From positions 108,890 through 172,889 of the forward strand of contig CAZHJZ010000001.1 in NCBI GenBank assembly GCA_964532495.1: a DNA stretch of 64,000 bases, in the 5' to 3' direction. Below the pieces are notes generated by a model. The model saw only the letters and a program-made list of their open reading frames with translations, was not told where the DNA came from and did no database searches. This DNA is from an uncultured Candidatus Saccharibacteria bacterium. GTDB taxonomy: Bacteria; Patescibacteriota; Minisyncoccia; Phycocordibacterales; UBA9973. Below are positions 38,372 through 46,982 of the stretch, piece after piece (position 1 is the stretch's first letter; every line of letters begins with the position of its first letter). Both the position numbers and the translations under genes were made by a program.

Positions 38372-40672
38372 ATGAAGGAACGAATCTACACTTTCATTCG
38401 AGATCACCGAGACCGACTGATCATCGGCGTCTGTTGCGTGGTCGCACTCGGAGCAGCCACAGCAACCTTCATTCAACATAGTAAAACCTCGAACGCTGTA
38501 GAAAATGAATCCACTAAGGCTTCATATCAAGTTGCAAATGAAAGTACGATTCCCGTCCCCGATGTTCCCGTAAATATCTCATTTGAAAATATTCCCGACG
38601 ATTCATTCCTACCAGCAAAAACAGGAAAACTCATCCGCGTTAACTTAGTCACGATGGCGCTCAATCGATATGAGAATGGCCAGCTGGCCGGAGAACCAAT
38701 GCCCATTCTTGCAAAAGGAAAGCTTGGCTCATTTTGGGAAACTCCGGGCGGAAGCTACCCTATCATCGACTCGCAAGAAGAATACTATTCGGAAAAAGCC
38801 GGTGCGTTTTTCCCATATACGCTGCACCTCTTTGGAAACTACATGATCCATGGTGAGCCACATGACAAAAACAACCGCTTGGTCAAAACCACGAGCGGCG
38901 GCATTAGACTTTCCAACGAAGATGCTAAAACTATATATGTTTGGTCTGACGCCGACACTCGCGTTTCAGTCTACAGCGACAGCAAACTCAAGCCGCAGAC
39001 GCTTTCATCTGAATCTACGTACATTACGGAAACAGGAGAAACCTTGCCGAAAGTAACAGCCGAAAGTTACATTGTTGCAGATCTTGATACTGGTGAAGTG
39101 ATCCTTCACAGCAATAAAGATGTGCCTCACCCTATCGCCTCTGTTTCGAAACTCATGACGGCGCTTGTATCGACTGACACGATGAATCAATTCGAGTTCG
39201 CTACCGTTTCAAAAAAAGCTACGCAAGTATACAGCGTCAACAAATTTGCCGTCGGAGAGAAGATCGCACTTTCCAATCTCATCTACCCCCTCCTCCTTCC
39301 TTCAAGCAATGTCGCAGCAGAAATAATCGCCGAACACGCAGGACGAGACACCTTCATGTCTGAGATGAATGCTGAAGCACTAAAGCTTGGCATGACAAAA
39401 ACCCACTACGACGATCCGTCAGGACTTTCCGCAAAAAACGTTTCAACGGCATCTGATCTTTTTTTACTGACGCAAGCAATCTTCAAAGACCGGCCGTTTA
39501 TTTTTAATATTACTCTTGTCCCATCCTACAGCGCGCAAGGACACTCATGGAAAAACATCAGCCAGTTCATGAAAGTGCCTGGCTACATCGGCGGTAAAAG
39601 CGGACAGACAGACGAAGCGCGGCAATCAAACGTCGCAATCTTCAAGCTTCCCCTTTCAGAAGCCGGCACACGAAACATCGCAATCATTGTGCTTCGCTCA
39701 AACGACCGCTACACCGACACTATGAAAATCTTTAATTTCGTCAAAAGCCGCGTAGTATACGGAAGCAGCAAGAATGTCACGATCACCGACGGCAACGATC
39801 TTTCAAGCAACATCGTGCTTACCTTCGTCGGAGATATGATGCTCGATCGCGGGGTGAAGTTTTCGGTCAGAAAAAATTTTGGAGGCGACTACTCAAGGCT
39901 TTTCGCAAACATGGGTCTGATTCAGAAAAGCGATCTTGCCTTTGCAAACCTCGAAGGTCCAGTGTCAGACAAGGGCGACGACCTCCACGATCTCTATTCG
40001 TTCCGCATGGATCCGAGCGTTCTTGAAAACGTCCGTTCAGCAGGCTTTGACATCCTTTCATTTGCGAACAATCACGTTGGAGACTGGGGTCACGAAGCGT
40101 TTGATGACAGCATGGCGCGCATGGAAAATGCCGGCCTCAAATACATTGGTGCAGGAGAAACAAAAGAACAGGCCGTTCAGCCTGTCATAGAAACAATCAA
40201 AGGAACAAAATTCGGCTTCATCGGATTTACCGATGTCGGACCAGACAAGCTTGCCGCAACAAGCATGGATTCTGGTGTCCTCCTCGCAAGCGATCCAGAT
40301 TTTACAAAGATCATCGCCAATGCAAAGAAACAAGCAGATGTCCTGATCGTCTCATTCCACTGGGGCGTAGAATACAAAGAGCATACTACGCGGCAGACCG
40401 AACTAGCTAAAAAAGCAATCGATGCCGGTGCAAATATTATTATCGGTACGCACCCGCATGTCGTTCAAGATGTAGAAATATACAATGGCGGCCTTATCGC
40501 CTACTCGCTTGGAAACTTTATTTTTGATCAAACCATGTCTGCTGAAACAATGCGCGGCATGCTTCTCCAAGTTACCTTTGACGCACGCGACAAATCTCTC
40601 AAACGATATGACAAGTATACAGTCAACATTTCAAACCAGTTTCAGCCGCAAGTTCCTGAGCTGGTGAGATAG
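38372..40672 (+). CDS. tri-domain cell-wall protein: L,D-transpeptidase-like (YkuD) domain, S11 D-Ala-D-Ala carboxypeptidase domain, CapA/PgsA-type metallophosphatase domain
   Basis: YkuD-like YMIHGEP...TSGGIRL (the Cys of SHGCIR is Gly here). SxxK ASVSKLMTA, SxN LPSSNVAAE, KTG-like GGKSGQT. CapA motifs VLTFVGDMML, FANLEGP, HWGVEY, IIGTHPHVVQ. Confidence 0.7.
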   Translation: MKERIYTFIRDHRDRLIIGVCCVVALGAATATFIQHSKTSNAVENESTKASYQVANESTIPVPDVPVNISFENIPDDSFLPAKTGKLIRVNLVTMALNRYENGQLAGEPMPILAKGKLGSFWETPGGSYPIIDSQEEYYSEKAGAFFPYTLHLFGNYMIHGEPHDKNNRLVKTTSGGIRLSNEDAKTIYVWSDADTRVSVYSDSKLKPQTLSSESTYITETGETLPKVTAESYIVADLDTGEVILHSNKDVPHPIASVSKLMTALVSTDTMNQFEFATVSKKATQVYSVNKFAVGEKIALSNLIYPLLLPSSNVAAEIIAEHAGRDTFMSEMNAEALKLGMTKTHYDDPSGLSAKNVSTASDLFLLTQAIFKDRPFIFNITLVPSYSAQGHSWKNISQFMKVPGYIGGKSGQTDEARQSNVAIFKLPLSEAGTRNIAIIVLRSNDRYTDTMKIFNFVKSRVVYGSSKNVTITDGNDLSSNIVLTFVGDMMLDRGVKFSVRKNFGGDYSRLFANMGLIQKSDLAFANLEGPVSDKGDDLHDLYSFRMDPSVLENVRSAGFDILSFANNHVGDWGHEAFDDSMARMENAGLKYIGAGETKEQAVQPVIETIKGTKFGFIGFTDVGPDKLAATSMDSGVLLASDPDFTKIIANAKKQADVLIVSFHWGVEYKEHTTRQTELAKKAIDAGANIIIGTHPHVVQDVEIYNGGLIAYSLGNFIFDQTMSAETMRGMLLQVTFDARDKSLKRYDKYTVNISNQFQPQVPELVR

Positions 40673-40707
40673 CATTTTCAAATATATTTTCGGATTCGGA
40701 AATAAAA

Positions 40708-40738
40708 AAACAGTTCCGGGTTTTAATCGGAACTGTTT
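40708..40738. terminator. bidirectional intrinsic terminator
   Basis: aaacagttccgg gttttaat cggaactgttt. Confidence 0.7.
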
Positions 40739-40760
40739 ACTAATTTAAACTAAACTAACT

Positions 40761-41636
40761 TTAAGCACGTGCGGGTGTTAACCGGCGTCCTGCGGAAAAA
40801 TTCATTCCTTGCCTTACTAAATACGCAAAGAAAGAAAAAATCCCGAAAATAACTAAAGCCATAACCAACAAGGCGGAACCAGCTTCGAATCCGGATAATT
40901 CCTCAGCAGGCTTACCCCACATAGCATGTCCAGCCATATCTATTACACCGCCAATTAAGCCCTTAGAGCTAAATCCGGTTGTACCAGAAGCGCCGGTAGT
41001 ACCAGGTGCGGCCGTAATGGGTGCAGCAGTAGCAGTGGTCGTAGGAGCAACGCTTCTACGAAGGAAGTTACTGTTACCGGCAAACATTATGATTGAATCT
41101 CCATAAACAAAAACTTCGCATTCCAAATCATACGCAAGCGGTGTCCAAACTAAATCAGTACCGCAACCATCGCGTTTTGCAACATCCCAAGCGCCTTTGC
41201 GAAGGGTGTCAGTTGCTAAGCGCAAATTATCTCTTAGCGCACCGGCAAGTGCCAGCGAGCTTTGAAACGTACTAGTTGTGCGTTGAGTAACCTGCGCTGA
41301 AATTAAATTTGCATACACGGTATTGTCATGCGAATTACTGCAGTTAAATACTTTTTCACTTACCTGGCATGGTGCATCCAAACCGGAAGCAATGTTTACC
41401 AGTGAGCAATCAAGTACACGGCAATGGCCATTATCGGTAGGTGTTTTGGTGTTTGCAACAGCAGTATGTGTGTGCTTTTTTTTGTTTTTGCACGGGCAAT
41501 CTTTGTTGGGTTCGTCAGCTAGTTTTGTATCAGGCTGTGCGGTAGTGGTATCTGCGGGCTTAGCCATGCTAAATCCTCCAGCGTTTGCGTTTGCAAAAAA
41601 TAATACCAGGGCGATTGAAAGGATGAAGTTTTTCAT
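40761..41636 (-). CDS. Cys-rich secreted/surface hypothetical protein with signal peptide and C-terminal TM anchor
   Basis: MKNFILSIALVLFFANANA signal. 12 Cys. Thr/Ala/Gly-rich linker, then a hydrophobic C-terminal helix and basic tail. Confidence 0.5.
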   Translation of the reverse strand: MKNFILSIALVLFFANANAGGFSMAKPADTTTAQPDTKLADEPNKDCPCKNKKKHTHTAVANTKTPTDNGHCRVLDCSLVNIASGLDAPCQVSEKVFNCSNSHDNTVYANLISAQVTQRTTSTFQSSLALAGALRDNLRLATDTLRKGAWDVAKRDGCGTDLVWTPLAYDLECEVFVYGDSIIMFAGNSNFLRRSVAPTTTATAAPITAAPGTTGASGTTGFSSKGLIGGVIDMAGHAMWGKPAEELSGFEAGSALLVMALVIFGIFSFFAYLVRQGMNFSAGRRLTPARA

Positions 41637-41667
41637 TTTGTTCTTTTTTTTGTTTTTGAATTAGATA

Positions 41668-41716
41668 ATTGAGATTTTTATACCTACTGTCGCCAGTCGG
41701 TGCAAAAATCTCAATT
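41668..41716. promoter_or_regulatory. 12-bp perfect inverted repeat (attgagattttt ... aaaaatctcaat) in a divergent promoter region
   Basis: Read directly. 24-nt spacer. Lies between divergently transcribed surface-protein genes. Confidence 0.4.
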
Positions 41717-41774
41717 TCTAAGCATTTTCAAGGTATCTGGAGCTATTGTGTACATTATAGCATATTGTGAGTTA

Positions 41775-41829
41775 TTGTCAACTACCCCATGCCCCATACC
41801 TTGACAAATAAGGATAAACAGTGTATAAA
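41775..41829. promoter_or_regulatory. divergent promoter pair with inverted -35 elements (ttgtcaa / ttgacaa)
   Basis: Plus strand: ttgaca (41801-41806), 17-nt spacer, tataaa (41824-41829) with an upstream TG. Minus strand: ttgaca (rc of 41775-41780), 16-nt spacer, tataat. Confidence 0.5.
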
Positions 41830-41847
41830 TACAAAAAAATACTTTCC

Positions 41848-42957
41848 ATGAAAATAAGACTCATCTCCACCCTTATAGCAGTGATTACTTTTCTCTATAC
41901 CAATGCGCAGACCGATTTCAGGGCTTTGCCTGGCTACAACAAGTACGAAGGCCTCGCACATGTCCCCCGCTTATTGGCCGACATGCGCATGTGGGCAGCC
42001 CAATACCCTGAGCTGATCCGCGAAACCGGCAACAAATTTCATATGGATTCAAAAGGCAACTGCAAGCTGTTCAATGCTCCAGTTGTTTCCACCGATCCGT
42101 TCTTCAAGTCAAAAGAACTCGGGAAGTTCGCTATGAAATTCGACGCAACAGTATATGAATTTGAATATACGGGCGGAAGTACCGTGAATGAAAATGCATC
42201 TGAACATGTAAGTATCAGTATGAGCTCAAACAGTTCAAACAAAGGAACTGCGAAGCGCACTACTGATACTCTTTCGCGCCAACAAAAGAAGGAACTCGAA
42301 GACGCCGTTGGGCTTACATTAGGCACGTGCATTCTCGGTGAAGAAAAAGGAATGTTGTTTACCAACAATGCAGCCATCATCAATCCAACGCCAGCTGATT
42401 ACAATAAATTATATGTAATCGTATACAGCGATATTGAAGACAACGGGTGCTCAGCTGTTCAAACATTGTATTTGCCTGTAATGATATCTACCGGCGTTAA
42501 GAACCCGGTAAACAATCAACATCATGGCCCGCAAATATATTACCTCGCAGTGCTTGGCAAAAACGCGCCATCGCAAGGCGAATTGAATGAACACATGGTT
42601 GAATCAATGTTCCATGCGGGAAAACCCGCTCCAATGTTTGAATCCAACACCACGTATCGTAAAACAAATCTCGACCATCTTGATTTCGTTTTCAATCAGG
42701 GCGGCGAGAACCTGTATACGATCCTTGTAGACGGAATGCCAATATATAGGGATATATCTCTGAGTGGAGCAGACAAGAAAACGCTAAGCTTGCCATTAAC
42801 ACCAAAATCACACGCCAAAATCACGATACGGATAACTAACACTGGAAATCTTTCAGGCGGAACGATAAACGTAACGTGCGAAAACGTAAACATTCATTCA
42901 GCTTTTCCATTTAAAAAAGTGAACGAAGAAGCATATATAGATATAGAACGAGAGTAA
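41848..42957 (+). CDS. secreted hypothetical protein (about 369 aa) with signal peptide
   Basis: ATG at 41848 gives MKIRLISTLIAVITFLYTNAQ. The track ORF begins at an upstream GTG. Confidence 0.55.
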   Translation: MKIRLISTLIAVITFLYTNAQTDFRALPGYNKYEGLAHVPRLLADMRMWAAQYPELIRETGNKFHMDSKGNCKLFNAPVVSTDPFFKSKELGKFAMKFDATVYEFEYTGGSTVNENASEHVSISMSSNSSNKGTAKRTTDTLSRQQKKELEDAVGLTLGTCILGEEKGMLFTNNAAIINPTPADYNKLYVIVYSDIEDNGCSAVQTLYLPVMISTGVKNPVNNQHHGPQIYYLAVLGKNAPSQGELNEHMVESMFHAGKPAPMFESNTTYRKTNLDHLDFVFNQGGENLYTILVDGMPIYRDISLSGADKKTLSLPLTPKSHAKITIRITNTGNLSGGTINVTCENVNIHSAFPFKKVNEEAYIDIERE

Positions 42958-42968
42958 TACTACTCTTA

Positions 42969-42978
42969 CCCCCCCCCC
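42969..42978 (+). repeat. C10 homopolymer tract just after the stop codon
   Basis: cccccccccc read directly. Confidence 0.9.
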
Positions 42979-42980
42979 AA

Positions 42981-43020
42981 TTGCCAAACCTTTCATATGA
43001 TCGGTTTGGCAATTTTTATT
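42981..43020 (+). terminator. intrinsic terminator
   Basis: ttgccaaacc tttcatatgatc ggtttggcaa, then a T-run. Confidence 0.7.
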
Positions 43021-43102
43021 ACCCAATTTAATACTATATAAAAAAAATAAACGCTTCTGAAAAAACAGAAGCGTTTAACTACATTTAAAACCAGGTGTGT
43101 AC

Positions 43103-43504
43103 TTACTTTTTCTTTAGGGTATCAGCCTGCAAGTACTTCATGTACTTATCAAAATAAGCTGTTGAATACTTGCCAGCTTTTACGCCGATAATATCAAACG
43201 TTTTCGTTTGCTTATCACGGTCGCGATGGATAACTACTGAATCGCCAACCGCTAAGGTAATCTTGGCGTGGGTAAGGTACATAGTTACATTATCAATAAT
43301 GTTCGCTGTATCTTCCCGCAAAACCGGCAATCCAGTTCTATTGTCTACTTCGTAGTACAGTACAGTGGCCGCTTTACCTTTGGCAGTAGGAACACGGGAA
43401 ATTACCCCGGCTTTGGCAACCCTGAAATCAGATTTATCGTAACCACCACATGAAGATAGTAATAGAATTCCGCACGCAAAAAGAAAAGAAAATATATGTT
43501 TCAT
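43103..43504 (-). CDS. hypothetical lipoprotein
   Basis: MKHIFSFLFACGILLLSSCGG lipobox (LSSC) from an internal ATG. Confidence 0.55.
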   Translation of the reverse strand: MKHIFSFLFACGILLLSSCGGYDKSDFRVAKAGVISRVPTAKGKAATVLYYEVDNRTGLPVLREDTANIIDNVTMYLTHAKITLAVGDSVVIHRDRDKQTKTFDIIGVKAGKYSTAYFDKYMKYLQADTLKKK

Positions 43505-43610
43505 AAAAAGGGTTTTGTGTTCAAAACGTGCGATATGCATCCATTTGAACTGGTTTAGAATTTTTCAAACTATAGCATCTGTTTGTTAATTGTCAATACT
43601 TATACAATAT

Positions 43611-43640
43611 AAAAAAACTCCCACACTAGGGAGCTTTTTT
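43611..43640. terminator. bidirectional terminator downstream of smc
   Basis: A7, then ctccc acacta gggag, then T6. Confidence 0.65.
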
Positions 43641-43644
43641 GAAT

Positions 43645-45918
43645 TTATTTTGCGATCTTTACCGCTTCATCGAACTTGATTGAAAGGAGTTTTGATCCCC
43701 CATCAGCGCCGATTGTAACGCCGTAGAGAACTTTTGCTCGGGACATTGTTTCGCGATTGTGAGTAACCACAATGAGCTGTGAATAGTGAGAGAGGTTTTC
43801 GATCATATCTCCGTAGCGGCGTGAATTTGCTTCATCAAGAGCGGCGTCAGTTTCGTCTAGAACAAGGAATGGAGGCGGGTTGACCTGCGACATTGCAAAG
43901 AGGAGCGCAATAGAAGTAAGAGAACGCTCGCCACCCGAGAGCATATGCAGGTCTTTTACTTTTTTATGAGGAAGGGAGACATTGATCTCAATACCTCGCT
44001 CAAACTCGAAGTCGGCGTCATTTGCTACAGGTATTTCATCGGCTTCTTCATCGCCGTCTTTGGTTGGGCGTTTGTGTTCCACCACAATTGAAAGGAAAGC
44101 ATGTCCCCCGCCGAACATGAGCGAGAAGAAGTTGGTAAATTCCTTGTTGATCTTTTCAACACCCATCTTAAATTCGCTATCGATCTTTTGCTTGAGATCG
44201 CTGATGAGCGCGCGCAGTTCGGTAATAGCCTGATCAATATCTGAAAGCTCACGAGCGAGGAATTCGTCTCGAGATACTGTTTCTTCGTATTCTTTTACAA
44301 CTTCCGTTCCGCCTTGAGCACCGGCATCTTCGAGCTTGTATTTGATACGATCAATCTTTTTCTTGAGTTCGTCTTGCTCGGCTTTTGGAGCGATCTCTGT
44401 GCCTGGAGTAAATCGGATTGCTTCAGGCCCGACAAGGATGCTTGCCTGCTTGAGTTCGTCTTCAAATTCCATTTCTACGCGGCCGAGATTCTCTCGCTCA
44501 AGCGTAACCATGCGGAGTTCGGATTCGAGTTCCTGCTTCGCTGCCTTGAGCTCGTAGTACGCACGCTCCTGCTCTCGAATGACGCTTTCGTCGGATTTCT
44601 TTTCTGATTGGAGTTTTGTTATTTCAGTCTGAAGCTGCATTTTTGCAGTATCAAGTTCGGCGATCTCGTTTTCAACTGACTGGATGCTATCCCGCAATGT
44701 CTGGATTTGAGCTTCAACATGGGAACGGTCAACGATGGGGCCCTGGTTTTTGTCTGTCTTTCGGTAGTAAATAAATTGTTCGAATGTTTCTCGTACGCGC
44801 GTAATCGAGTCGCGGATTTCCGCAACATCATCCTGAGAAAGTAATCCTGCGAGCTCTCGATCTATGTCAGTGAACAATCCTTCAATTTCTTGAAGTGATA
44901 CTGCGATGTTTTCTGGAGTGCGCTCTTTTTCTGGAGCGTTCAGTTGTTCTTCTAAAAGTGCAATAGAACCTTCAACTCGTCCGAGTTTGCGAGTAAGTTC
45001 GGCCTGTGAGGTCAGATGCTTGTTGTATTCAGTCTGAAGACGAGCAACTTCGAGCGAAGTTCCCGCGTCTTCTACTGGAGCGTTGTGTGAAGCTTCTTTT
45101 GATTTGATGTTATTTTCTGCTTCAGTAATGCGAGTCTGAAGAGTAGTTCGCTTTTCTTCAAGGCCGTTCTTTTCATGAGTGATGAACGCAGTCTGTTTTG
45201 TGAAATAGTCTCGATACAAGCCACCGAGTTCAACGCGAAGTTCCTGAGCCTTCTCTATTTTCTCTACCTGCTTTTTCAAGAAGCCGATATGCGGAGCAAT
45301 CTCGCGGCGGAGTGACTGCACTTCTTTCATATTGGAAAGCGTCTTATCGAGCTTTCGTTCGCTCTCGCGGAGACGATACTGATACACTCGGAGGCCAAGA
45401 GCATCTTCGATCATGCCGCGACGATCCTTTGCATTTGCCGAAAGAAGCCGGTCTGCTTCACCCTGAGAAATGATGTGGTGGCCAGACGAGCCGATGTTGA
45501 CCGAAGCCACAAGTTCTAAAATATCCTTGAGACGAACTTCAGTATTATTTAACTTGTATGTGTTAGATCCATCGCTGAACACTTCGCGGGAAATAGAGAT
45601 TTCATCGAAGTCTAAGTTCAGTGCCTTCTCCCCTGTTTTTGGCAATGAAAATACTTTGCGTGAATTATCAAAGACAATGGTAACACTCGCGCGCGAAAGA
45701 GACCCCAATGCCTTGGAACCTTTGAAGATCATGTCAGCCCCGCCTTTTCCGCGGAGAGATTTGATGGATTGTTCACCGAGCACGAAACGGACGGCCTCAA
45801 CAACGTTCGACTTTCCAGAACCGTTCGGTCCAACAATCGCTGTGACGGGCGCATCGAAATCAAGCGTCGTTTTTTTTGCAAACGATTTGAAACCTGAGAG
45901 CTCGAGGCGTTTTAACAT
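43645..45918 (-). CDS. smc: SMC chromosome-condensation ATPase, short hinge-less form
   Basis: N-terminus LELSGFKSFAKKTTLDFDAPVTAIVGPNGSGKSNVVEAVRFVLGEQS. C-terminal signature LSGGERSLTSIALLFA and Walker B LVLDETDAALD. Continuous coiled coil in between with no Gly-rich hinge. rnc-smc synteny. Confidence 0.8.
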   Translation of the reverse strand: MLKRLELSGFKSFAKKTTLDFDAPVTAIVGPNGSGKSNVVEAVRFVLGEQSIKSLRGKGGADMIFKGSKALGSLSRASVTIVFDNSRKVFSLPKTGEKALNLDFDEISISREVFSDGSNTYKLNNTEVRLKDILELVASVNIGSSGHHIISQGEADRLLSANAKDRRGMIEDALGLRVYQYRLRESERKLDKTLSNMKEVQSLRREIAPHIGFLKKQVEKIEKAQELRVELGGLYRDYFTKQTAFITHEKNGLEEKRTTLQTRITEAENNIKSKEASHNAPVEDAGTSLEVARLQTEYNKHLTSQAELTRKLGRVEGSIALLEEQLNAPEKERTPENIAVSLQEIEGLFTDIDRELAGLLSQDDVAEIRDSITRVRETFEQFIYYRKTDKNQGPIVDRSHVEAQIQTLRDSIQSVENEIAELDTAKMQLQTEITKLQSEKKSDESVIREQERAYYELKAAKQELESELRMVTLERENLGRVEMEFEDELKQASILVGPEAIRFTPGTEIAPKAEQDELKKKIDRIKYKLEDAGAQGGTEVVKEYEETVSRDEFLARELSDIDQAITELRALISDLKQKIDSEFKMGVEKINKEFTNFFSLMFGGGHAFLSIVVEHKRPTKDGDEEADEIPVANDADFEFERGIEINVSLPHKKVKDLHMLSGGERSLTSIALLFAMSQVNPPPFLVLDETDAALDEANSRRYGDMIENLSHYSQLIVVTHNRETMSRAKVLYGVTIGADGGSKLLSIKFDEAVKIAK

Positions 45919-45987
45919 CAGCATATTACAAGCTCAATTTTACACTGAAAAGGTAAATATACCAACGGGGATAACTGGAATCACGTC

Positions 45988-46004
45988 CTCGGAGAGCGCT
46001 ACCG
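45988..46004. repeat. copy of a 16-17-nt motif ctcggagagcgctac(c)g, also present at 24335-24350
   Basis: Direct comparison of the two intergenic regions. About 22 of 25 nt are identical around the AGCGCT core. Both copies lie in the leader of a minus-strand gene (dnaG, smc). Confidence 0.6.
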
Positions 46005-46200
46005 TCGCACTGAACAGCTTATCGCCATACTCATTTAAACAATCGCCACTCTTTACCGTAAGAGTGGTGATTGAAATCTATATGGAGAGAAGATGTTCAG
46101 GATGACTGAGCAGTACTTTTGAGCGCGAGGCCTTTGTGGTTAGGGCCGAGTCGATCATAAAGTACTGCGAAGGCTTCTCCGAGAACGATGTTCGGGATCC

Positions 46201-46896
46201 CTAGTCAAACCACTTCTTCACCTGCACCGCAGCCTCAGCTGCTTTGGTTTCAGCTTCCTGTTTTGATTTACCTTTTCCTGATGCGATCAGTTCATTTCCG
46301 AAGTAAATACCGACGGTAAAATGCTTGTCATGATCCGGTCCGCTTTCCGCCATGACTTTGTATGAAGGAGTGACGTGCACGAATTCCTGTGCTTTTTCTT
46401 GGACCAAACTTTTTGGATCGCGCCACAATTTCTTTTTAACGATTTCATCGAGACGTCCAAAGAGCGCGCCGCTAATGAACTTTGCACAAGCATCATATCC
46501 TTGATCGAGATAGAGAGCGCCAGTAAATGATTCAAATGTATTCGCTAGGATATTCATGCGGGCTTTTCCACCATCCTTGCTCTCTCCTTTTGAAAGGAGC
46601 AAATATTCATTCATGCCGAGCTCAGATGCAACATCTGAAAGCACCACTGCGTTTACGAGCGATGAACGGTATGCAGTGAGCTCGCCTTCCGGAGCGCCTT
46701 GATACATGCGATAGAGATAGTCAGTAACAACGAGTTCCAAAACTGCATCGCCCAAAAACTCCAAACGTTCGTTGTGGGAAAGTTTGACGCCTGGATTTTC
46801 GTTGATATATGAACGGTGAATAAACGCTTGTCGGAGCAATTCTTTGTCTTTGAACGACACTTGTGTCGCCTGTTCGAACTTTGAGAAATCAATCAT
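46201..46896 (-). CDS. rnc: ribonuclease III
   Basis: ERLEFLGDAVLELVV catalytic signature plus a C-terminal dsRBD. Confidence 0.92.
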   Translation of the reverse strand: MIDFSKFEQATQVSFKDKELLRQAFIHRSYINENPGVKLSHNERLEFLGDAVLELVVTDYLYRMYQGAPEGELTAYRSSLVNAVVLSDVASELGMNEYLLLSKGESKDGGKARMNILANTFESFTGALYLDQGYDACAKFISGALFGRLDEIVKKKLWRDPKSLVQEKAQEFVHVTPSYKVMAESGPDHDKHFTVGIYFGNELIASGKGKSKQEAETKAAEAAVQVKKWFD

Positions 46897-46982
46897 GCAG
46901 ATAAAAGGATAAAGGAGTAAGACTATTGGTATACTCTTGCTTCTTTAGCCTTGATTATATTGTTAATTTGCCGCCAGAGACT

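Noticed and set aside
45470-46105. Plus-strand 211-aa ORF
   Set aside because: Antisense to the smc N-terminus and runs into the intergenic spacer. No motifs.
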